In this document: positions 53,401 through 63,100 of the stretch, piece by piece | Layout of the letters: each line of letters opens with the position of its first letter | Numbering within the stretch: the first letter of the stretch is position 1 | From: Tubiluchus corallicola | Taxonomy: Eukaryota; Animalia; Priapulida | NCBI GenBank assembly: GCA_030141605.1 | Contig: JAQGDQ010000107.1 | Coordinates: forward strand, 494,265-558,264 | DNA: 64,000 bases | Direction: 5' to 3' | Notes under the pieces: generated by a model | What the model saw: only the letters and a program-made list of their open reading frames with translations | Told to the model about the DNA's origin: nothing | The model's database searches: none | Position numbers and translations under genes: made by a program

Positions 53401-54704
53401 TGTACGTTGAAGCGTTTGACATCTGGGTGCAGGAAAGGCTTTGACATCCGCTCGATTTTTGATCCCTGAGTAAAGATGATTGAACTGAGCAAGGGACAAT
53501 TCCACAAATCCAGATTAGCTGTTTCCAATGCTTCACAAGCAACAAAGGTCACTGATCTCAAACGCTTTAGTCGAGAGAAAGCTTTGTGATGAACTTTCTT
53601 TAAGACTTTGCTGTAGTTCATGGTGAAGTATTCAATGCTTGGTGGCAGATCATTCTCAGATAGATTAACAAATGCAGATTTTTCAAATATTAGAGCTGTT
53701 ACGTTTTTTTGGTCAAGAAACTTGTTTGGTAGCTTTTCGTCTTTGTAAAAATAGATTTTTAATTCTGATGGGACGTCTGTAATATGATTTACAATTTTTA
53801 CCAATCTCCTGGAATTCATCTTGCTATCAGAGATGTTCGAAATGTCTGCATCACCACAAACCAGTTTGCAGGGCAATAGTGAAAGGGCAACACAAGTAGT
53901 TTTCTCAAAACTGCATTGTTGTCCAGGTGGGCAAATGTCTGCAATAGTTAATTCAGTCGTACTAATTAACCCATTTTCCTTTAGTTTTGCATTTGGAAGA
54001 TGTTCACAGTCCACTTCCGATTTTTCCCAAAATTCAGCTATCCACGTCATCCGGCAGTCGCAAATTAGAGGACTTTTGAAAAAGAAAAGGCTAAAGTCCT
54101 TGGTAATGTTTGAATGAAAGTTTGGCTTATCCATCGTGGTGATATTCGTGAATTCTATGTGTAGACGTTCCAATTTTTCTAGCTTGTCCAGCGACAATTT
54201 CAGCTCGCTCAAACTTGGGCAATTTAAGATCACGATTTCACGTAAATGTATTAAATTGTTATAAGCGAACTGCTTGATACGCCTCAATGCTGCGAAATTG
54301 GCGATTTTAACCCTTTCGACATGTGATGCGTTCAGGAAGTGTGCTCCAATTTGGCGAACGTCTTCCATTATTACTAGTTCGACATTAGCGATACTGAAGC
54401 CATCTAGAAAGTTCTTGGGAATTTCGTCATAATACAGCCTTTCCATAACAAAACTATCCACTTTTGGACGATTACCCTCTTTAAGTTTTGTCTTCAGCTT
54501 CTCCCACAATGTCTCGTTATGTCTTGAGTCGTCAAACCGGCACCTCACTTCATATTTCTCACCCTGAGGTTTTTCATGAATGAATCTTTTACAACGTGGA
54601 AAGAAATTCTCCCAAGTTGAGTTAGTCGTTTCTACTACTCTACTATTAAGCACATTAATCGCAAGAAAGAGAAAACATTGAATTACGAATTGGTGGCAGT
54701 TCAT
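50412..54704 (-). CDS. Intronless 1430-aa LRR protein with signal peptide and GPI-type tail; two 686-aa units of three Cys-capped LRR modules each
   Basis: MNCHQFVIQCFLFLAINVLNS leader; six (P/R)LICDC..W LRRCT-like caps; LRR strings such as NPFLVSIDPKAF; 2058-bp internal duplication; tail NSGNS-VQLVAWHLLLLARYLTFNYM; AATAAA about 40 bp after the stop. Confidence 0.88.
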   Translation of the reverse strand: MNCHQFVIQCFLFLAINVLNSRVVETTNSTWENFFPRCKRFIHEKPQGEKYEVRCRFDDSRHNETLWEKLKTKLKEGNRPKVDSFVMERLYYDEIPKNFLDGFSIANVELVIMEDVRQIGAHFLNASHVERVKIANFAALRRIKQFAYNNLIHLREIVILNCPSLSELKLSLDKLEKLERLHIEFTNITTMDKPNFHSNITKDFSLFFFKSPLICDCRMTWIAEFWEKSEVDCEHLPNAKLKENGLISTTELTIADICPPGQQCSFEKTTCVALSLLPCKLVCGDADISNISDSKMNSRRLVKIVNHITDVPSELKIYFYKDEKLPNKFLDQKNVTALIFEKSAFVNLSENDLPPSIEYFTMNYSKVLKKVHHKAFSRLKRLRSVTFVACEALETANLDLWNCPLLSSIIFTQGSKIERMSKPFLHPDVKRFNVHFALLGSRLICDCYMRWMFQVNWASREVDCYEPKIPHTEMNIDMIECDQPPRPTVIYPSRTCSISVSSCTVFSEDPCELHCGQVGRIDHVVMRHITAEIKTSIYGLVIFNYEDSRLPMWLLSERKVTKLVLRQSAITTLVQNDLRYGFIEHFVVDDNPFLVSIDPKAFYYVGILKSISFLSCTQLAVANLDLRYNRNITQISFVGSKIQHMSKPTLYRKVKPENVSFQLLESRLICDCDAVWMMKVKWKHSFVDCWVPRVNHENLKLTDFNCSVKNRTTNSTWENFFPRCKRFILEKPEGEKYEVRCRFGDSRHNETLWEKLKTKLKEGNRPKVDSFVMERLYYDEIPKNFLDGFSIANVELVIMEDVRQIGAHFLNASHVERVKIANFAALRRINQFAYNNLIHLREIVILNCPSLSELKLSLDKLEKLKRLHIEFTNITTMDKPNFHSNITKDFSLFFFKSPLICDCRMTWIAEFWEKSEVDCEHLPNAKLKENGLISTTELTIADICPPGQQCSFEKTTCVAISLLPCKLVCGDTDISNISDSKMNSRRLVKIVNHITDVPSELKIYFYKDEKLPNKFLDQKNVTALIFEKSAFVNLSENDLPPSLEYFIMNYSKVLKKVHHKAFSRLQRLRSVTFVACEALETANLDLWNCPLLSSINFTQGSKIERMSKPFLHPDVKRFNVHFALLGSRLICDCYMRWMFQVNWASREVDCYEPKIPHTEMNIDMIECDQPPRPTVIYPSRTCSISVSSCTVFSEDPCELHCGQVGRIDHVVMRQITAEIKTSIYGLVIFNYEDSRLPMWLLSERKVTKLVLRQSAITTLVQNDLRYGFIEHFVVDDNPFLVSIDPKAFYYVGILKSISFLSCTQLAVANLDLRYNRNITQISFVGSKIQHMSKPTLYRKVKPENVSFQLLESRLICDCDAVWMMKVKWKHSFVDCWVPRVNHEDLKLTDFNCSMKKVSHTTPAIVNSGNSVQLVAWHLLLLARYLTFNYM

Positions 54705-54902
54705 TGCATGTAATTCAGAAAACGTGAACGTCTTGCAACCAAACAAAAAAAAACAGACCAGCCATAACGGTATCCACCAGAGTGTACAAAATGTTTATAG
54801 TCGCCATGGCAATGCAGTCGTATCACAAATGGATGACGTCACAGCAACCGAAACGCTCGCACCACACGCTCGCATAGCAGCCATTTCTTGCAGAATCGTA
54901 TA

Positions 54903-55400
54903 TATTAAAAATGTGTATTTTTGGATTCTGATGTAATTGTGCTGCAAAACATAGACGATTTATTTAGCTGGAACGAACTGTCAGCAGTTGCAGATATAGG
55001 CTGGCCTGATTGTTTTAATAGCGGACTATTCGTTTTTGAACCTAATCTTGCCACGTACAGTGAATTGAGGTCATTCGCTCAGTCAGATTCAAGCACATTC
55101 GACGGTGGAGATCAAGGTCTACTAAACCAATATTTTAAAGCCTGGAATACAGAATTTGATAAACGATTGCCATACAGGTATAATGTAGCAGTTAAAGGGA
55201 CTTATGGGTATTTACCAGCTGTGAAGCAGTTTTGAGAAAGTTCACGGTTGCTCATTTCATGGGTCCTAGTAAACCCTGGGACAGTATACGCAGCATTTAT
55301 CACAAGCACATGGCGCCATCTACAGGTGAAACAGACTTTGAATCTGAAACGTTAAATATTTGGTTGTCACTTTACATTCATGAGGTGGAACCGAACTTGC
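54903..55400 (+). pseudogene. Gyg: Intronless glycogenin (GT8) domain, N-terminally truncated, immediately upstream of BEL gag
   Basis: Y*KCVFLDSDVIVLQNIDDLF..ELSAVADIGWPDCFNSGLFVF..FDGGDQGLLN..LPYRYN..YGYLPAVKQF, a 1-bp frameshift, then VAHFMGPSKPW. Confidence 0.92.
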
Positions 55401-55459
55401 CTCATGAATTAGAACTAATAAATAAAGCTAATGTTCAGCAGCACATTCCTACCCGAACA

Positions 55460-58400
55460 AAACTCAGTCCTGATGCACCTGAATTTGCCACTCGCATACA
55501 TAACAGAAGCAGTGTTCAACAGGCTTCCTTACCTCAACAAGCTTCATACAATGCATTTAGCTGAAACACCCTTTCGCCTCCCACAAATAATTTTGGCGAC
55601 AATAACCAATTAATGGATCTCATTTTGGAAGGTCAGCAGCAGCAGCATTTAAATATGTGTTGTGCGATGCAACTGCCAAATGTGAAGCTAGAGAAATATG
55701 ACGGAAATATTATGAATCTCTGGCACTTTATTCGTCGGTTCGAGACTTCGTTAGAAAATTATGCACATGATGACGGGGCGAGATATACCAGGCTTTTACA
55801 ATTTTGCACGGGCGAAGCAAAACGGGTTGTCGAAAGTTGCAGTTATATGGATCCGCAGATCGCATACAGTCATGCTAAGCAAATGCTTATCGAACGTTTC
55901 GGGTCACCCTTTATTGTAACGCAAGCGTGGTTGGCTAAAATAAATGCGTTTGCAGTCATAAGAAATGATGAAAAAGAAAAACTCAGGGAATTTTCTGACT
56001 TGATGATTGGTTGTGTAGAGACATTAAAGGCCATGGACAATTTAGCCGAAATAAATACACAAACAAGTTTGCTTCAAGTCATTAAGAAACTCCCATTCCA
56101 AGATAAATGGAGAGACGTTGTTACCAAGTTAAATAAACATGATGGCAGAAATCCTACAATTTATGACGTGGTGGGATTTGTCAAAGAGGCGGCTGAAAAA
56201 ATGAACCATCCCGTGTTTGGTGACCTTGCAACCGGTGGTCAAACGAATATTACAAAACGTAACAATAAATTAGCAACTAGGAATTTCGCATGCACTACCT
56301 TTCGAACAAGAAGTTCATCCAGAGAAGAAAAATCAAGTCAAACAGGCGGAACGCCAAAGGATGGAAAATTAAGCAGCTGAGATGTCAGAAAATGTATGTT
56401 CTGCAACCCAGCCGAGCATGTTTCTCTAAAAAACTGTGAACAGTTTACAGAAAAGTGGGATGAGGAGAGACTACAGTTTGCTCGGAAAAGTCGCTTATGT
56501 TTTAACTGCTTACAGAAATGGAACCACAGTGCTGGAAGCTGTTACAAACCAGGCTGTACAAGACAGGGATGCAGAAGAAAACATTCTGCTCTGCTTCATG
56601 ACGCTCTGGAGAAGTGGGTTCCTTCCAATGACGAGAGGTCAGCAATTGTTGAAGCCACAAGTTGCGCTGTCACTACAACCAAACTGTCAACAAGGGCTGT
56701 GCTCCCCATCACTCCGGTAAAGGTACACGTGCAAGGCGGACGTCCAATTCAGACAATGGCTTTGTTGGACCCAGGATCAACTAATACGTTCTGTTCCAAG
56801 GCCATATATGATGAGCTGGGAGCTGTTGGCAAGAAACAAGTCGTGTCACTGACTACAATTGAAAAGAAGCATTAAAAAATAAATGCTTCTGTGACCGAGT
56901 TGTACGTCAGTAAGTTGGATGGATCAAACAAAATGAAACTTCCCTTTGTCTTTGTCAGGCCATCTTTGACGTTGGATGTTGACTATTTGGTAGACGAACA
57001 AGACATTAGTAACTGGCCGCATCTCAAAGATGTTCCTTTGACGCTATCTGATTCACGCGAACTGCAGCTCGGGTTAATTATAGGACAGGACGTCTCTGAT
57101 GCATTGATGCCTTTAGAAACACGCTGTGGGCCAAAAGGAGCTCCGTATGCAACAAGGACTAGACTTGGATGGACATTAAATGGCCTGATAGGAGGCGGCA
57201 ATGAGGACGCTAAAAGGCTGTCAAACAACCTTCTTCAGGCAGAACAGGTTGCCAGCCGGTCTGACCAATTACAGCGACAAGTCGGAAAATTTTGGAAAAT
57301 GGACGCTGTTGACGACAGCATACGGTACTCCCGTGACGATAAGATGGCGCTGCGTATTTGGGAGAAGTCCATCACCAAAAGAAATGGTCACTACGAATTT
57401 TAGATACCTTTTAAGTCTAACGATGACAACATTCCTGACAGTTTTCAAATGGCTTCAAAGAGGTTGGCAAGCCTTCGCTGTAGACTCAGCAAGAACAAGT
57501 TGTTACATGAAAAATACACCCAAGCCATGGCTGATCTGCTCAAAAAGGGATACGCAGAAGAAGTTGTTGAACATGATACGAATGTTGCAACATGGTACTT
57601 GCCACATTTTCCAGTTTTTAACGAGAACAAACCCGAAAAAACTAGGATCGTATTTGATTGTTCAACAACAGAAGATGCAGTCTCTCTCAACATGTTGGAA
57701 CTACAAGGTCCAGATCTGACTAATAAATTGCTTGGTGTCCTGCTACGCTTTAGAGAGTATCCAGTAGTAATCATGGCTGATGTTCGTGAGATGTTTCACC
57801 AGGTGTACGTAGCACCGAAGAATAGGGACATGTTGAGATTTCTCTGGTGGAAGGATGGAAACCTAGATGCTCCACCCTCAACATTTCGAATGACAGTCCA
57901 CCTTTTCGGCGGTGTGTGGTCGCCCAGCGTAGCTTCATTTGCTCTCCAACAGACAGCTAGAGATAATGTCAACTGTTTTGATGAGCATGCATTAAATACG
58001 GTGTTACATAGCGTCTATGTCGACGACCTCCTTAAATCTGTGGAAACTGCAAAAGAAGCAATCGATTGGATGTCAAAATCAATACAAATTCTAGACACTG
58101 GAGATTTTCACTTGACCAAATGGATGAGTAACGACAGAGACGTATTAGCATGTGTGCCAATTGAAGAACGAGGAAAGAACATTAAGAACCTTGATCTAAC
58201 CCAGGACGATCTACCAAATGAACGAGCCTTAGGGGTTAAATGGGATGTCAAAAGTGATATGCTTGGCATTCAGGTTAAGCTGCGAGAAAAGCCTAGCATC
58301 AAGCAGGGACTACTTAGTTCATTAGCAAGCACCTATGATCCCCTAGGCATGGTCTCGCCTTTCATTTTACAAGCGAAAAGACTGTTTCAGAACGAATGCC

Positions 58401-58966
58401 GTATCCAAAAAAAATCATGGGATGATAGACTGGAAGGAGAGACTGAGAAAAGTTGGGATAAATGGAAATCAGATTGTCCCGCACTAGAATACTTTCCGCT
58501 AGACAGATGCCTGAAGCCAAGAGATTTTGGAAGAATTGCTGACTTGCAGCTGCATCACTTCAGTGATGCATCCCAGTATGCTTATGGCACAGTGACTTAT
58601 GCACGGATGGAAAATGCTGACGGAGTTGTACACACAGCATTTGTAATGGCAAAGTCTAGGCTGGCACCTATAAAAGGCCTAACCATACCACACCTTGAGT
58701 TGTGCGCAGCAGTATTAGCCTCAACTGTCGACAAACAACTGAGAAGAGAATTGTCCATACCCATCAGCGAGTCCGTGTTTTGGTGTGACAGCACTATAGT
58801 GCTTCAATACATACGCAACACCACAAGACGTTTCCATACTTTCGTGTAAAATAGAGTGACTACCATACTAGAAACTTCGTCGCCTGTTCAGTGGCATTAT
58901 ATCAGTACTGCAGATAATCCAGCTGATGACGTATCCCGCGGAATGGACGCCAATGCCTTAGTAAAA
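55460..58966 (+). mobile_element. Decayed BEL/Pao gag-PR-RT-RNase H, 3'-truncated; related to the element at 24.3 kb
   Basis: LPNVKLEKYDG gag start; three Zn knuckles; ALLDPGSTNTFCS; QGPDLTNKLLGVLLRFRE; VYVDD; HHFSDAS. One frame throughout, with isolated in-frame stops; cut at 58967. Confidence 0.93.
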
Positions 58967-59609
58967 TCTGGTGGGTCTTTTCTTCTTTCTGGATTTGCAT
59001 ATTGCTATGCAGTTAGTTTGACATACTTCCGGGTCGTGAGTAGCATCACACAAACTTCCGGGGGTTGGCCTCGCTTTACTCTCTTTATTGCTCTTTTTGC
59101 CCTCACATTTTGCAATTCGGGATTTGAGTTTTTTGATGAAAAGGACTAATATTTTCAAATACTTTCAAGCTAACTGATGCAATGTTACATCTCACTCATG
59201 TCTCGTTTTTGTAGAGATCCGCTGCAAGGCAGGTGCTTTTTCCAGTTGGCTTTTCTGTAGGTTCCATTATTTTTATGCCACAGTCCTTTATTTCGTTCCA
59301 TGTTACATATCTTACAGACTCTAAGTTGACTTCAGACTGTTCCATTAAGTAATGTTTAGTGCAGTCTTGCTTGCAGATTGTTTCTGAGCTAATAGAACAC
59401 ATTTCATCCAAATCATAAGCTGAGAATATTCCTGTGTTAATTTTAAACTCACTTTGAAAACCGTCAACTGGACGAGCAAAATCGCAAACATCAGAACTGT
59501 TTGAATAGAATATTTCAAATCCCCAAGTTTCCATGGAAAACAGGAAAACGTTTAGCAATATTATTGCATAAGATTTAGAATCACAACTACAGGTTAATAA
59601 AAACCACAT
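58967..59609 (-). pseudogene. Secreted Cys-rich precursor, copy B (internal deletion, 3'-truncated)
   Basis: Highly similar to 49600-49850 with an intact leader MWFLLTCSCDSKSYAIILLNVFLFS; extra sequence after KQDC; then jumps to SLCDATHDPEVCQTNCIAICKSRKKKRPTR. Confidence 0.7.
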
Positions 59610-60169
59610 TGTTGTAACAGACGATTCAGAAGTTTTTCTAAATTAACTATTATATTCTCATTTATAAGCACTTTAGACTTTGGAATTACAAATTTAGTTT
59701 ACTGCATCTTTCTTGTTCGTTGTTCTCACTAAACAGTAGAATCAGAAATGTGGATTGTTTTCTTAATGGAATGAACTTGAAAACAATGCTAAACATGTTT
59801 GTTCTTTCTTCATTGTTTTCAAGAAGTTCCCAGGTTTGCTGCAATGAATAATACAGGTGGCCAATTTTGATCGAAATGCTTTGGACAATGAATTTCGAAT
59901 TATCAAGAAATTGATGATACCCAACAATGTAAATAGTTTAACTTTCTAAAATTTTCTATCTAGATGATTAAACATACTTGCTTATAAAAACAACAATCTA
60001 AATGTCGAAATAAACAAAATGATGGAAAAATTAACAAAAAATTTTGCTAGTCGAAAAGTGGGGATTAATGTTTACTAGAGATCAGTGTTTGAAATAACAG
60101 GACATCTATGAAAATCATAAAGCACATTTATTACAGCGATAGTTTCAACACGTGAAGTTCAAAATTTTG

Positions 60170-63100
60170 CTACATGTAATTAAAAGTTAAATATTTAGCC
60201 AATAGGGGCAGATGCCACGCTACCAATTGAACAGAATTTCCAGATTTGGCCGGCATTGTGTGCGAAACTGTCTTCATTGAACAATTAAAATCTGTTAGCT
60301 TTAAATCTTCATGATTTACTTTTGGTACCCAGCAATCTACAAAAGAGTGTTTCCATTTCGCCTTCATCATCCAAACAGCATCACAGTCACAAATGAGTCT
60401 GCTTCCTAACAGTTGGAAAGACACATTCTCGGTTTTAACTTCTTCGTATAAGGTAGGCATAGACATGTGCTGTATTTTTGAACCTACAAACGAGATTTGA
60501 GTGATGTTACGATTATATCTGAGATCCAGATTTGCCACCGCCAGCTGAGTGCACGACAAGAAAGAAATTGACCTCAGAAGGCCTACAGAATAAAATGCTT
60601 TTGGATCAATTGACACAAGAAAAGGATTATCATCCACCACAAAATGTTCTATAAAACCATTTCGTATGTCATTTTGCACTAGAGTTGTTATAGCTGATTG
60701 TCGTAGCACCAGTTTTTTGACGTGCTTTCCTTCCAGTAGCCACTTAGGAAGCCGACTGTCTTCGTAATTGAAGATAACTAAGGCATAGAGGTATGGTTTA
60801 ATCTCTGCTGATATCTGCCGCATCACAACATGGTCAATTCTTCCGAACTGGCCGCAGTGAAGTTCACAAGGATCTTCAGAGAATACTGTGCAACTGCTCA
60901 CACTGATACTGCACGATTTGCTGGGAGGTCTTACGGTTGTTGTAGGTGGCTGATCACATTCAATCATATCAATAGTCATCTCCAAGTGAGATATTTTAGG
61001 TTCATAACAATCAACTCGTCTGTAAATCCAGTTAACTCGAAACATCCAATACATGTCACAGTCACAAATCAGCTTGCTTCCCAAGAGAGCAAAATAAACA
61101 TTGAAGCGTTTGACATCTGGGTGCAGGAAAGGCTTTGACATGCGCTCGATTTTTGATCCCTGAGTGAAGTTGATAGAATTGATCAAGGGACTATTCCACA
61201 AATCCAGATTAGCTGTTTCCAATGCTTCACAAGCAACAAAGGTCACTGATCTCAAACGCTTTAACCGAGAGAAAGCTTTGTGATGAACTTTCTTTAAGAC
61301 TTTGCTATAGTTTACAGTGAAGTATTCAAGGCTGGGTGGCAGATCATTCTCAGATAGATTAACAAATGCACATTTTTCAAATATTAGAGCTGTTACGTTT
61401 TTTTGGTCAAGAAACTTGTTTGGTAGCTTGTCGTCTTTGTAAAAATAGATTTTTAATTCTGATGGGACGCCTGTAATATGATTTACAATTTTCACCAATC
61501 TCCTGGAATTCATCTTGCTATCAGAGATGTTCGAAATGTCTGCGTCACCACAAACCAGTTTACAGGGCAATAGTGAAAGGGCAACACAAGTTCTTTTGTG
61601 AAAACTGCATTGTTGTCCAGGTGGGCAAATGTCTGCAATAGTTAATTCAGTCGTACTAATTAACCCATTTTCCTTTAGTTTTGCATTTGGGAGATGTTCA
61701 CAGTCCACTTCCGATTTTTCCCAAAATTCAGCTATCCACGTCATCCGGCAGTCGCAAATTAAAGGACTTTTGAAAAAGAAAAGGCTAAAGTCCTTGGTAA
61801 TGTTTGAATGAAAGTTTGGCTTATCCATCGTGGTGATATTCGTGAATTCTATGTGTAGCCGTTCCAATTTTTCTAGTTTGTCCAGCGACAATTTCAGCTC
61901 GCTCAAACTTGGGCAATTTAAGATCACGATTTCACGTAAATGTATTAAATTGTTATAAGCAAACTGATTGATACGCCTCAATGCTGCGAAATTGGCAATT
62001 TTAACCCTTTCGACATGTGATGCATTCAGGAAGTGTGCTCCAATTTGGCGAACGTCTTCCATTATTACTAGTTCGACATTAGCGATACTGAAGCCATCTA
62101 GAAAGTTCTTGGGAATTTCGTCATAATACAGCCTTTCCATAACAAAACTATCCACTTTTGGACTATTACACTCTTTAAGTTTTGTCTTCAGCTTCTCCCA
62201 CAATGTCTCGTTAGGTCTTGTGTCGTCAAACCGGCACCTCACTTCATATTTCTCACCCTCAGGTTTTTCATGAATGAATCTTTTACAACCTGGAAAGAAA
62301 TTCTCCCAAGTTGAGTTGGTCGTTTCTACTACACTACTATTCTTCATTGAACAATTAAAATCTGTTAGCTTTAAGTCTTCATGATTTACTCTTGGTACCC
62401 AGCAATCTACAAAAGAGTGTTTCCATTTCACCTTCATCATCCAAACAGCGTCACAGTCACAAATGAGTCTGCTTTCTAACAGTTGGAAAGACACATTCTC
62501 CGGTTTAACTCTTCTGTATAAGGTAGGCTTAGACATGTGCTGTATTTTTGAACCTACAAACGAGATTTGAGTGATGTTACAATTATATCTGAGATCCAGA
62601 TTTGCCACCGCCAGCTGAGTGCACGACAAGAAAGAAATTGACTTCAAAATGCCTACAAAATAAAATGCTTTTGGATCAATGGACACAAGAAAAGGATTAT
62701 CATCCACCACAAAATGTTCTATAAAACCATTTCGTAAGTCGTTTTGCACTAGAGTTGTTATAGCTGATTGTCGTAGCACCAGTTTTTTGACGTGCTTTCC
62801 TTCCAGTAGCCACTTAGGAAGCCGACTGTCTTCGTAATTGAAGATAACTAAGCGATAGATGGATGGTTTAATCTCTGCTGTTATCTGCCGCATCACAACA
62901 TGGTCAATTCTTCCAACCTGGCCGCAGTGAAGTTCACAAGGATCTTCAGAGAATACTGTGCAACTGCTCACACTGATACTGCACGTTTTGCTGGGATATA
63001 TTACGGTTGGTGTAGGTGGCTGATCACATTCAATCGTATCAATATTCATCTCTGTGTGAGGTATTTTAGGTTCATAACAGTCAACTTCTCTGGAAGCCCA

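Noticed and set aside
55562-55564. Programmed stop-codon readthrough between glycogenin and gag
   Set aside because: The same frame has several other isolated stops (56380, 56875, 57403, 58849), so neutral decay is the simpler explanation.
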